The notes beneath the pieces were generated by a model. It was not told the origin of the DNA and searched no databases. It was given only the letters and a program-made list of their open reading frames with translations. A stretch of 64,000 bases of DNA from Candidatus Hodarchaeota archaeon (lineage in GTDB: Archaea > Asgardarchaeota > Lokiarchaeia > Sigyniarchaeales > SOKP01): contig JBHLKM010000011.1 in the NCBI GenBank assembly GCA_048886685.1, positions 104,855-168,854 on the forward strand. The letters run 5' to 3'. Made by a program: the position numbers and the translations under genes. This document shows, piece by piece, positions 1 through 8,454 of this stretch (positions are counted from its first letter, which is position 1; each line of letters opens with the position of its first letter).

Positions 1-11
1 TTACTTCAAGA

Positions 12-209
12 TTGAAAAAGCCAATTTATGATCCTGTAGGTAAATATCTATTTCTCGTTCTTATTATTATAGTGGTTATAACACTTATTTCCAACGAATC
101 ATTAATGTGTAGTATTAATTGTGTTATATTCACGGGATTTTCTATAGCTTCCTTAATTTCCCGTTCTAGATCTCTTAAAGATCGATCAAAAATAGAAGAA
201 AAACTCTAA
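12..209 (+). CDS. Small putative membrane protein (possibly incomplete at the window edge)
   Basis: 65-aa ORF with two hydrophobic segments and a basic tail. Converges on the next gene. No recognisable family. Confidence 0.4.
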   Translation: MKKPIYDPVGKYLFLVLIIIVVITLISNESLMCSINCVIFTGFSIASLISRSRSLKDRSKIEEKL

Positions 210-218
210 AATAATTAT

Positions 219-1037
219 TCAGCTCATTTTTATAGAATTAAATACAAACATGGCTTCACAATTATAATTTATTATCAATTTGAAATATTGGTTGATTTTC
301 TGAATTGTTTCTTCCATTGTATAGTAAGGTGGTTTGAACCATCCTCTTCTTGAATAATAATTTTTAACAACCAAATCAGTTCTTTTTCTTATCCCTTTAA
401 TATAGAAACATCCGAAGAACTGCCCCTCAATTTTTAAAACTCTTGCTATTTCTTTTAAAGCTTTACTTTTATTGGGGAAGGCGTGAAATCCATTCATTGA
501 AATTAACATCTCTATTGATTGATTTAAAAAAGGTAAATATCCAACATCCGCATGAAGATATATTATATTTGTTATGTTATTTGCTGTATACTTTTGTTTA
601 GCAAATTTTAACATGTTAATTGAATAATCTGCAACGATTATTGTTGCATTCGATAAATTTTTATACTTTTCACATGTAAATATGCCTGTACCTACAGGAA
701 TATCAAGCAATATTCCATTGAAATTTTCAGGTATAAAACCAACTACTTGAGGAGCATAATCATCATGCTTAATACCCCATACAAACTTATCAAAAAGCCT
801 TATTAATAAACCAGGTTTTTCAAAGATCTTCTCATATCTCTTGGCTCTCTTGGCATAAGCGTCAATGTTTTTTCTACTCTCTTCGGGAACAAAATCAATA
901 ATGTCATCAATAATAGAATATTCTACCGTGTTATCATCAGTTATTAATTTTTGCTTATTAACATCTAAATTTAAAGTTCTTCCAGATATTGGACACTGAA
1001 TAATTTTCTTAATTTTTTTAAATGTAAACTCATCCAT
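219..1037 (-). CDS. Class I SAM-dependent methyltransferase with N-terminal Trm112-like segment
   Basis: Motif I LLDIPVGTG, ADYSINML, HADVGYLPF, ALKEIARVLK. N-terminal CPISG...YSIIDDIIDF. ATG at 1037 preferred over GTG at 1052. Confidence 0.85.
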   Translation of the reverse strand: MDEFTFKKIKKIIQCPISGRTLNLDVNKQKLITDDNTVEYSIIDDIIDFVPEESRKNIDAYAKRAKRYEKIFEKPGLLIRLFDKFVWGIKHDDYAPQVVGFIPENFNGILLDIPVGTGIFTCEKYKNLSNATIIVADYSINMLKFAKQKYTANNITNIIYLHADVGYLPFLNQSIEMLISMNGFHAFPNKSKALKEIARVLKIEGQFFGCFYIKGIRKRTDLVVKNYYSRRGWFKPPYYTMEETIQKINQYFKLIINYNCEAMFVFNSIKMS

Positions 1038-1210
1038 TTTTAGTATCAGCACAAAAAAATGAAGGTAAATTTAAATCCGTGATATTTATATTTTTTTCTA
1101 GGTTGTTTACAAATTTAAGAGCTTCCTCTTCCTTTCCTTCATCTAGCAATTTCCTTGCTTTGTTTATTTCCTCTTGCAGTGATTCAGTAATACTCTTCTC
1201 GCTCTGTCAT
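1030..1210 (-). pseudogene. Frameshifted N-terminal remnant of a helical (TPR-like) protein
   Basis: ATG at 1210 (MTE), then a shifted frame reads EKSITESLQEEINKARKLLDEGKEEEALKFVNNLEKNINITDLN to TGA at 1030-1032. Confidence 0.4.
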
Positions 1211-1241
1211 TAAAGATCGATTCAATATCAAAACAAAAGAA

Positions 1242-1622
1242 TTATTCTACTCTCTTTACTGTTCCTTGAAAAGAAGAAAATTGTAAAAATGTTTTTGCAT
1301 CTCCTTCGATTTTCGCAAAAATGTTTACTGGAGACGCTGCTTTTGGCTTGTCGTCTGTGCTAGCAGGTGTTGGCCCAAAAAAGATACAAAACCCATTCCC
1401 ACTCGGCCAAAATCCGATATCTCCTACCTCACAGTCAACTTGAGAATTTTCTTGACCTAAAGAAACGGGAATTTCACCGTATAATTCTTCTCCCCATCTT
1501 GCTAGATTGACTTCAAAAGGCAAGGCGTTCCAAATAGCTTTACATGTCTTTGGATTTTTATCAGTGAGCAATTTTGCTTTCATTTGCCCAATTTTTTCAT
1601 TTTCAATGATAATATACTGCAT
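1242..1622 (-). CDS. Cyclophilin-like fold protein (DUF369/TM1367 type)
   Basis: NPKTCKAIWNALP, RWGEELY, GDIGFWPSGNGFCIFFGPTP, AASPVNIF. Confidence 0.85.
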   Translation of the reverse strand: MQYIIIENEKIGQMKAKLLTDKNPKTCKAIWNALPFEVNLARWGEELYGEIPVSLGQENSQVDCEVGDIGFWPSGNGFCIFFGPTPASTDDKPKAASPVNIFAKIEGDAKTFLQFSSFQGTVKRVE

Positions 1623-1704
1623 ATCAATTTCACAATCAAATTAAATTTTTAATAGAAATTAAGCAATTTTATTATTTAAACCATCTTGATATTAAATTGA
1701 GTAA

Positions 1705-2517
1705 ATGATTTTAGAAAAAACTGTTAGACTTATAAAGCAAATCTATGAAGATCATAATATAGTTCCTCCAAAAATTAGTAATGTTGTTATAGGGTTGGGT
1801 TATACAGGGGTAGAAGTATCCAATTCTGGGCAAAAATCAGTTTTGGGATTAGCTTCTACATTACCAAGTATAATAAATAGTGCTGACTGTAGTAAAATTA
1901 ACTTTGCTGGAAATCTTACTAACAAGAAACTTTTAGAATTATTAGAGTGGTCTTACTTGGCGCCAAGTTTGAAAAAAATTATAGGAATTGCTACAATAAA
2001 TGCCGCCTCTCAGCATATTCTTAGAATATATAATCCTTATTCCAAAATGATTGGAGATCCCTTAAATTATTTAGAAATTTACCAAGATACGAGTATCACG
2101 ATTATAGGATTAATGAAACCGCTTATTCGAAAATTAATTAAAAACACAAGCAGCATTACATTAGTGGAAGACACTATTTCATTCCCAGAAGAATTCAGTG
2201 AATTCAATTTCCGGAGAAATATAGTTGAATTAGAGAATGAGGAGATATCTACCGATATTCTATTTTGTACCGGTACATCCTTAATAAACAATACTTTAGA
2301 GAAAATTTTAAACCTTTTTAGAAATAAAGCGCGAAAAATAATAGTGATGGGGCCGTCTGTAGGCCTGTTACCTGATGTTTTGTTTGATTGTGGTGTAGAT
2401 ATAGTCGGAGGAATGGAGATTACTGACTCAGAAGCAACCTTGAAGATTTTACAAGAAGGAGGAGGGACACAATTATTTAAGAAATTTGGTAAAAAGTACA
2501 ATTTAATAAAGAGATAA
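1705..2517 (+). CDS. DUF364/DUF4213 Rossmann-like putative metal-chelation protein
   Basis: VVIGLGYTGV, IGIATINA, TGTSLINNTLE, MGPS, GVDIVGG. Confidence 0.8.
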   Translation: MILEKTVRLIKQIYEDHNIVPPKISNVVIGLGYTGVEVSNSGQKSVLGLASTLPSIINSADCSKINFAGNLTNKKLLELLEWSYLAPSLKKIIGIATINAASQHILRIYNPYSKMIGDPLNYLEIYQDTSITIIGLMKPLIRKLIKNTSSITLVEDTISFPEEFSEFNFRRNIVELENEEISTDILFCTGTSLINNTLEKILNLFRNKARKIIVMGPSVGLLPDVLFDCGVDIVGGMEITDSEATLKILQEGGGTQLFKKFGKKYNLIKR

Positions 2518-2569
2518 CCCATTATTGTTTTATAAAATAATTTTTAAAAATAATTCAACTCAATCGATA

Positions 2570-3097
2570 ATGAGTGCTGATTATACTTTTAAAATAATTA
2601 TCATAGGACCAGCAGCGGTCGGCAAATCCAGCCTTATACGACGCTTTGTTGAAAATCGTTTTTCATCTGGATATAAATTCACTATAGGAGTAGATTTTTT
2701 AGCAAAAACTGTGGAATATGAAAAAGGAAGGTTAGCAAGACTTTCCATATGGGATGTAGGGGGCCAAGAACGTTTTAAATTCTTACGTCGTAGTTTTTAT
2801 GAAGGAACCTACGGAGCAATATTAGTTTTCGACCTCTCGAGAGCAAATACATTTCCTCAGATGAAAGATTGGCTTATAGATATGCATAGCATAATTGAGA
2901 GAAAGATTCCTATTGTAATTTTAGGAAATAAATCCGATTTATTACCGGAGGTTGGTGAAGTAATTAATAGAGACGAAGCTAGGCAATTTGCTGAAAATGA
3001 AGAAAGTATTTATATTGAAACTTCTGCAAAGACAGGTGATAATGTTGAACATGCTTTTACCGAACTAACTCAACGCATGATTAAGTACAATACTTAA
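2570..3097 (+). CDS. Rab-like small GTPase
   Basis: G1 GPAAVGKS, TIGVDF, G3 WDVGGQERF, G4 GNKSD, G5 ETSAKTG. ATG at 2570 (MSADY) preferred over TTG at 2525. Confidence 0.93.
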   Translation: MSADYTFKIIIIGPAAVGKSSLIRRFVENRFSSGYKFTIGVDFLAKTVEYEKGRLARLSIWDVGGQERFKFLRRSFYEGTYGAILVFDLSRANTFPQMKDWLIDMHSIIERKIPIVILGNKSDLLPEVGEVINRDEARQFAENEESIYIETSAKTGDNVEHAFTELTQRMIKYNT

Positions 3098-3244
3098 CAA
3101 ATTTGTGCAAAAAGATAAAATCTGCACTCTACATAGTTTTAAAAATATTATATCGTCTCTATTTAAATGAATCGTTTGTGAAAATGTTTAAATATCTAAT
3201 TAAGATTATTAATTAGAATCGCAAAAATATCTAAAGTTGTATTA

Positions 3245-3781
3245 ATGCCATTATATGTATTTAAGATAATTATAGTTGGTAGCGCCGCCGTAGGAAAAAC
3301 TAGTCTTTTACATAGATTTGTAGAAAATAAGTTTAATTTTAGATATAAGCTTACAATTGGAGCTGATTTTTTATCTAAAGTAATTGAAGGATACCCAAAT
3401 CCCGAAACCACCTCTAAATTACAGATATGGGATATTGGGGGTCAGGAAAGATATAAATTTTTAAGATCGAGCTTTTTTGATGGGGCTAATGGAGCATTAG
3501 TAGTTTTTGATATTTCAAGATGGCATACATATGAAGAATTAAATGATTGGATTTCCGATTTACGAGAATTTGCTGGAGAAAATGTTCCTTTTATATTAAT
3601 AGGGAACAAGCTTGATCTTATTAAAGAAATCTATGGAGAATACGATAAAGAAAGCGCTGAAGAGTTTGCGAAAAGTGAAAAATCATATTTTATAGAAACT
3701 TCAGCTAAAACAGGCGAAAATGTTGAGGGTGCGTTTCTAAATCTTACTCATAAAATGATAAAAAATCAAAAAATCGCGTAA
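3245..3781 (+). CDS. Rab-like small GTPase (tandem paralog)
   Basis: G1 GSAAVGKT, TIGADF, KLQIWDIGGQERY, GNKLD, ETSAKTG. Confidence 0.93.
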   Translation: MPLYVFKIIIVGSAAVGKTSLLHRFVENKFNFRYKLTIGADFLSKVIEGYPNPETTSKLQIWDIGGQERYKFLRSSFFDGANGALVVFDISRWHTYEELNDWISDLREFAGENVPFILIGNKLDLIKEIYGEYDKESAEEFAKSEKSYFIETSAKTGENVEGAFLNLTHKMIKNQKIA

Positions 3782-3810
3782 GATATTCTAATTCTCTTAG
3801 AACTTATCGA

Positions 3811-6800
3811 CTAATCAATAATTCTAATAATGGCAAGTGATAATAAATTTGTATAAAATTTAGCTAAATTACGTCTTTTCATTTCATTTAATAAATCTTC
3901 ACGCTCAAAAGCAATATCATCTAATTTCTTTTCTATAATTTCTATATCTCTTTCAATAAACTTGATTTCTTCTTCTAAATTCTGTATATCCTGTAACCTT
4001 TTCTGTTTCCTCGTTTCATCCTTCAAATTGTTTATATTTTGTAGTTGCCGTTGTGTTGGTCTATTTTTCTCATTTCTTTCTAATTTCAATTTCAATGATT
4101 CTAATTTTAAGTTTAAAACTCTTTTGTTATGTTCATAAATTTTTTTCTTTTTGTTTCTTTCTAAATTAAATATTTTATCATTCAGTTTTCTAACTTCTCT
4201 TTTCCAAATTGATGTCTTATATTTGATGATCTTTTTTGCCTTATTTTGGAGATTTAGAATAAAATTGCTTTCCAGATTAGTTTTTTCTATGTTTTTATTG
4301 AATTGAAAGATTTTATCATAATTTTCTATATCTAAAACCACACTTTCAAAGTCCTCTATTTCTTTCCCATTTTTATCCACAATTATGGGGGAAACCTGAC
4401 TTTCAATTATATATCCTTGAAATTTAACTATGAATATAAACAGAAATAATTCTTCTTGTAATGTAATATCGGAATTGAAATATTTTCGTAAATTTTGTTT
4501 TTTTATTTCAAAAATTGTATAAACACCTTTAAACGAATCCTCTCTACAGACATCTAAAACAGCATTAATTAATGGATGACCCAAGGCAAAAAAATCAATT
4601 TCTTCTTTTTCTCTTGCAAATTCTAAATTAAATGTACCAGTATATTCATTTTGAAGTTTGTATTTAGGATTTTTTAATAAAATATCATTGATTTTTATCT
4701 TTAATATAATATTTTCCGATTCCTTTGTTTGAACTAAATCAATTTTAATATTTTCTATGAATCCATATCTGTTATTTTCGAGATTTAAAAACTGGTTCAT
4801 AAGGAGAAATAATTCATTATGGGTTAACTTCACATCAATACAAGAGGCTAAAGAGCTGATAAGACCTTCCATCTGGAATGATTTTTTATCTATCATTAAA
4901 TCATCTAATTGCATCTCGATTTCTTTTGCTTTTTTAATCTCTTCATCTAATGTTCGATAGAATTCATTAAGTTTTTTCCTCCTCTTACCATCATCTTCAG
5001 CGAAAATAACGTTTTTAAGATCTTTTTCAACTCTACCGATAATTGGTTCGAGAATTCCTATTGATTCTTCAAATAAATTAATTCTATTTATTAAAGCATA
5101 AACTACGTCTGTTTCAACAGTACCTTCCATATAAAAGTTATATATATAAATTTCTCTTGATTCTTGTCCAATTCTATCAACACGCCCAATTCTTTGTTCA
5201 AGTTTCATTGGGTTCCATGGTAAATCATAGTTAATGAGTGTTCTACAAAATTGAAAATTTCGACCTTCACCTCCTATTTCCGTTGAAAGCAGTATTGAAA
5301 ACCCTCGATAATTTCGGAATCTTTCAACAGCTTCATCTTTTTGTTGTTTATCTAATCCTCCATAAAAAGCTTCAACAAAATAGCTATTTTCCTGGTTTTC
5401 TAATAGCTCCTTTAAATATTTAAGAGTGTCAACAAACTGTGTAAATACTATAACTTTTTCGTTAGAATTATTAGAATATATCTGATCAATGATTTCCACT
5501 AATCTATCAGATTTAGAATCATAAGGAATTTTCTTTAATTTATTATAAAACTCCTTTAAAATCTTTTCCTGGTTGAATATACTGAAAGCCTCTTCAGATT
5601 GCTTTTCTGTTAATTTTTTTTTATTCTTATCAAATGGTTCAGAATCAAGGAACTCTTCTTCTAATTCTAGCTGAAAATATTCAGGATCCTCTTCTTTTAT
5701 AACATCTATGTTAAGAAAAATATTTTTATAACGAGTTATTTGTTCTAATCTACGCTCAAGGCTCTTGAGAATTGCATATTTAGAGCTTGTTAATAATTTC
5801 TGAAGAGTAGTTATCACAAATCCAAAACCAACATTTTCTTTGCTAATAGATGAATTATAGATTTGAGCAAGATATAAACGAATTTCGTTATAGACTTCTA
5901 ATTCTTCCTTGGTTGGATTAATTATTATAGTATTGACATTCCTTTTATTTAGAAATTCTTCTGAAAAAACATTTTTCTTTCGGTTTCTAATAATTAAATT
6001 CGATAAAGTATGATCTGCTTCTATTTTTTTAAATAAATTTTCTTTAAATGAATCGTTGCTTAGTTCTGATAGAATTTCCTTATCTGTCCAATTTTTATTT
6101 ACATATCGTAGATTTTTCAACAATTTTAAAGTATTTTTAACTTCAAAGTTGTTTAAATTATCAATTTGATTTATATTTGTAATAAGAAGATTGATAAATT
6201 GCAAGTTTTTTCTAAAATGTTCAAATTCACTAAATGAATTAAAAATTTCAGGATGTATAAGCTCAATTAAAGAATATAATTCAAATGAATGGAGTTGCAA
6301 TGGAGTCGCTGTTAATAAAAGCATGCTTTCACATGTCGTGCTTAAATTCCGAGCGAGCTCATAGTTTAGCGTTTCTCTGTATCTTCCTGTTGTAGCATTT
6401 ATCAAATAACGTCTTAAATGATGTGCTTCATCAAAAATTACAATATCCCATGATATTTTCGATAATAACTCTATATATTTTCTATTTCTTGCAAATTGAA
6501 GTGAGCAGATAATTAGATTATCATAATAAAAAGGATTTTGAAATAACTGTGCACTTTTGAAATAACCTCTATTCTTTAACTCTTTTACCTTTTTACCATC
6601 ATAAATTGTAAAGTTTAAGTTAAATTTGTTTTCAAGTTCGAATTTCCATTGCTGAACTAGCGATGCGGGGACTATAATAAGTATTCTCTCAGAAAGATTC
6701 CGAGCCATCATTTCCTTAATGTATATCCCAGCTTCAATTGTTTTTCCTAATCCTACTTCATCTGCTAGAATAATTCTAGGAAAATGTTCTTCGGATAATC

Positions 6801-7419
6801 GATGTGTAACATTTATTTGATGTGGCATTAAAGATAAGCGAGAATTAGTAATACATTTAATCTGATACGATGTGTAATAGGAATAAAACAAATGAGCCCA
6901 ATATTTAAGTAAAAAATTCTTAGGAGGATGAATCCTTTTTTGAGCTATTAAGGCCTCTATCGGAGTTGTGTATCTAGTATATATTTCATTCTCATAAATT
7001 TGAACTCTTTTACCATTATCTTTAAGAAATTCATAGGAAATTAGACCATCTTTGACCATAAAATCATTGGAATTTATTATACCAATACCTTGTTTACTTT
7101 CAATCTTTTCGTTTATATCGAAAATGAAATGAATTAGATCAATGGGATGGATTATTTTAATAATATTATTTTTAAAAAGTACTTTATATTTGGCAACAAC
7201 TTGAGTATCTTCATCATCTAAAGATTTTGAAGTCGGGATTTCTATTATTTTAATAATCTTGCCTAATCCTATGTCTGGATTTAGCCTATATATCACTAAA
7301 TTTCCTAAATTAAACTTCTGTCCTTGACAATATACATTAAAACATTTGGAAAATCTTGATTCTAATTCCTTTCCACAAAATGGACAATTATATCTAAGTG
7401 GTTCTATCTTTGAAACCAT
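3811..7419 (-). CDS. SNF2-family (RapA/HepA-like) ATP-dependent helicase
   Basis: LMPHQ, LADEVGLGKTIEAG, DEAHH, TATP, GGEGRNFQ, NYDLPWNPMKLEQRIGRVDRIGQ. N-terminal CxxC zinc ribbon and C-terminal coiled coil. Confidence 0.92.
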   Translation of the reverse strand: MVSKIEPLRYNCPFCGKELESRFSKCFNVYCQGQKFNLGNLVIYRLNPDIGLGKIIKIIEIPTSKSLDDEDTQVVAKYKVLFKNNIIKIIHPIDLIHFIFDINEKIESKQGIGIINSNDFMVKDGLISYEFLKDNGKRVQIYENEIYTRYTTPIEALIAQKRIHPPKNFLLKYWAHLFYSYYTSYQIKCITNSRLSLMPHQINVTHRLSEEHFPRIILADEVGLGKTIEAGIYIKEMMARNLSERILIIVPASLVQQWKFELENKFNLNFTIYDGKKVKELKNRGYFKSAQLFQNPFYYDNLIICSLQFARNRKYIELLSKISWDIVIFDEAHHLRRYLINATTGRYRETLNYELARNLSTTCESMLLLTATPLQLHSFELYSLIELIHPEIFNSFSEFEHFRKNLQFINLLITNINQIDNLNNFEVKNTLKLLKNLRYVNKNWTDKEILSELSNDSFKENLFKKIEADHTLSNLIIRNRKKNVFSEEFLNKRNVNTIIINPTKEELEVYNEIRLYLAQIYNSSISKENVGFGFVITTLQKLLTSSKYAILKSLERRLEQITRYKNIFLNIDVIKEEDPEYFQLELEEEFLDSEPFDKNKKKLTEKQSEEAFSIFNQEKILKEFYNKLKKIPYDSKSDRLVEIIDQIYSNNSNEKVIVFTQFVDTLKYLKELLENQENSYFVEAFYGGLDKQQKDEAVERFRNYRGFSILLSTEIGGEGRNFQFCRTLINYDLPWNPMKLEQRIGRVDRIGQESREIYIYNFYMEGTVETDVVYALINRINLFEESIGILEPIIGRVEKDLKNVIFAEDDGKRRKKLNEFYRTLDEEIKKAKEIEMQLDDLMIDKKSFQMEGLISSLASCIDVKLTHNELFLLMNQFLNLENNRYGFIENIKIDLVQTKESENIILKIKINDILLKNPKYKLQNEYTGTFNLEFAREKEEIDFFALGHPLINAVLDVCREDSFKGVYTIFEIKKQNLRKYFNSDITLQEELFLFIFIVKFQGYIIESQVSPIIVDKNGKEIEDFESVVLDIENYDKIFQFNKNIEKTNLESNFILNLQNKAKKIIKYKTSIWKREVRKLNDKIFNLERNKKKKIYEHNKRVLNLKLESLKLKLERNEKNRPTQRQLQNINNLKDETRKQKRLQDIQNLEEEIKFIERDIEIIEKKLDDIAFEREDLLNEMKRRNLAKFYTNLLSLAIIRIID

Positions 7420-7489
7420 TATCTTTATATTGTACTTAATATAAGGAAAACTAAAAATTTTAGTATTTTAAATTAACAAGGATTAGGAA

Positions 7490-8356
7490 ATGTCAGAAGT
7501 TGGGATAGAACCAACATATGTTGGTAAAAATGAGAATTTAAAGTTTAAAGCACCAACAGAACTCTTTAGAATGAGAATACAGTCTGTTGACAAAATAGAT
7601 AGTGAAATTTCAAAAAAATATAGTAAATATATGCAAGAGACGTTTAAAGGTTTTCAAGAAGCTAGAAAGACTAAATATGGGAATGAAAATAATAAAAAAA
7701 CAGAAACTGACGCTAAATTTTGGCAAGAGTTTGAATTGAAAGCAAAAAAATTAGGTGTAGATCTTCTAGGATATACTCCACTTATTCAGGATTTCATTTT
7801 CTATAATCTTAAAGTATATGGACAAAATTTAATAATTTTAGGGATGGAAATGAAATGGGATGAAATCAAAACAGCTCCAAGCATTATTTGCGGTATTGAA
7901 GCTTTTCGGGTATTTTATGAATTAGGAGAGATCACTATTCAATTAACAGAGTATCTAAAAGAACTTGGATATAAGTGTGAAGCTCATCATCCTTTTGGGG
8001 GTAAATTTTTATTCCCACCTCATGCTGTTGCAGCAGGATTGGGGATAATGGGAAGAAATGGCCTTGTTATCACACCTGAATTTGGACCTCGTCAAAGATG
8101 GGCAATAATTTCTACTGATGCTGAAATACCAACTCCAGTTAAAAACGATTTAAAAGCATTAGAAGATTATTGTAAAGAATGTGGTTCCTGCATCAGGGGG
8201 TGCAAAGGCGGTGCTGCCTATGAAACACCAATTTATCATACTAACTCACCAGTAATTACACATATAGACCGCTCCAAATGTATCGATAGTCTGATAAATA
8301 ATAATTATTGCAGTTTTTGTTTGAAAGTATGCCCTCAGGGAAACCCTAAAAAATAA
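7490..8356 (+). CDS. QueG/reductive-dehalogenase-like Fe-S (cobamide-binding) protein
   Basis: AVAAGLGIMGRNGLVITPEFGPRQR, CKECGSCIRGC, CSFCLKVCP. No Tat signal peptide visible. Confidence 0.8.
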   Translation: MSEVGIEPTYVGKNENLKFKAPTELFRMRIQSVDKIDSEISKKYSKYMQETFKGFQEARKTKYGNENNKKTETDAKFWQEFELKAKKLGVDLLGYTPLIQDFIFYNLKVYGQNLIILGMEMKWDEIKTAPSIICGIEAFRVFYELGEITIQLTEYLKELGYKCEAHHPFGGKFLFPPHAVAAGLGIMGRNGLVITPEFGPRQRWAIISTDAEIPTPVKNDLKALEDYCKECGSCIRGCKGGAAYETPIYHTNSPVITHIDRSKCIDSLINNNYCSFCLKVCPQGNPKK

Positions 8357-8454
8357 TTAATATAAATTTTTCATAATCAATTTATAATAGTTAGATTCAA
8401 AATATAAACACCATTTTATATAAACAGAATATTACCTATTTTTCTTGATAAAGA

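Noticed and set aside
7490-8356. Respiratory reductive dehalogenase
   Set aside because: Short, no Tat signal, no rdhB anchor. Only the shared QueG/RdhA Fe-S core is evident.
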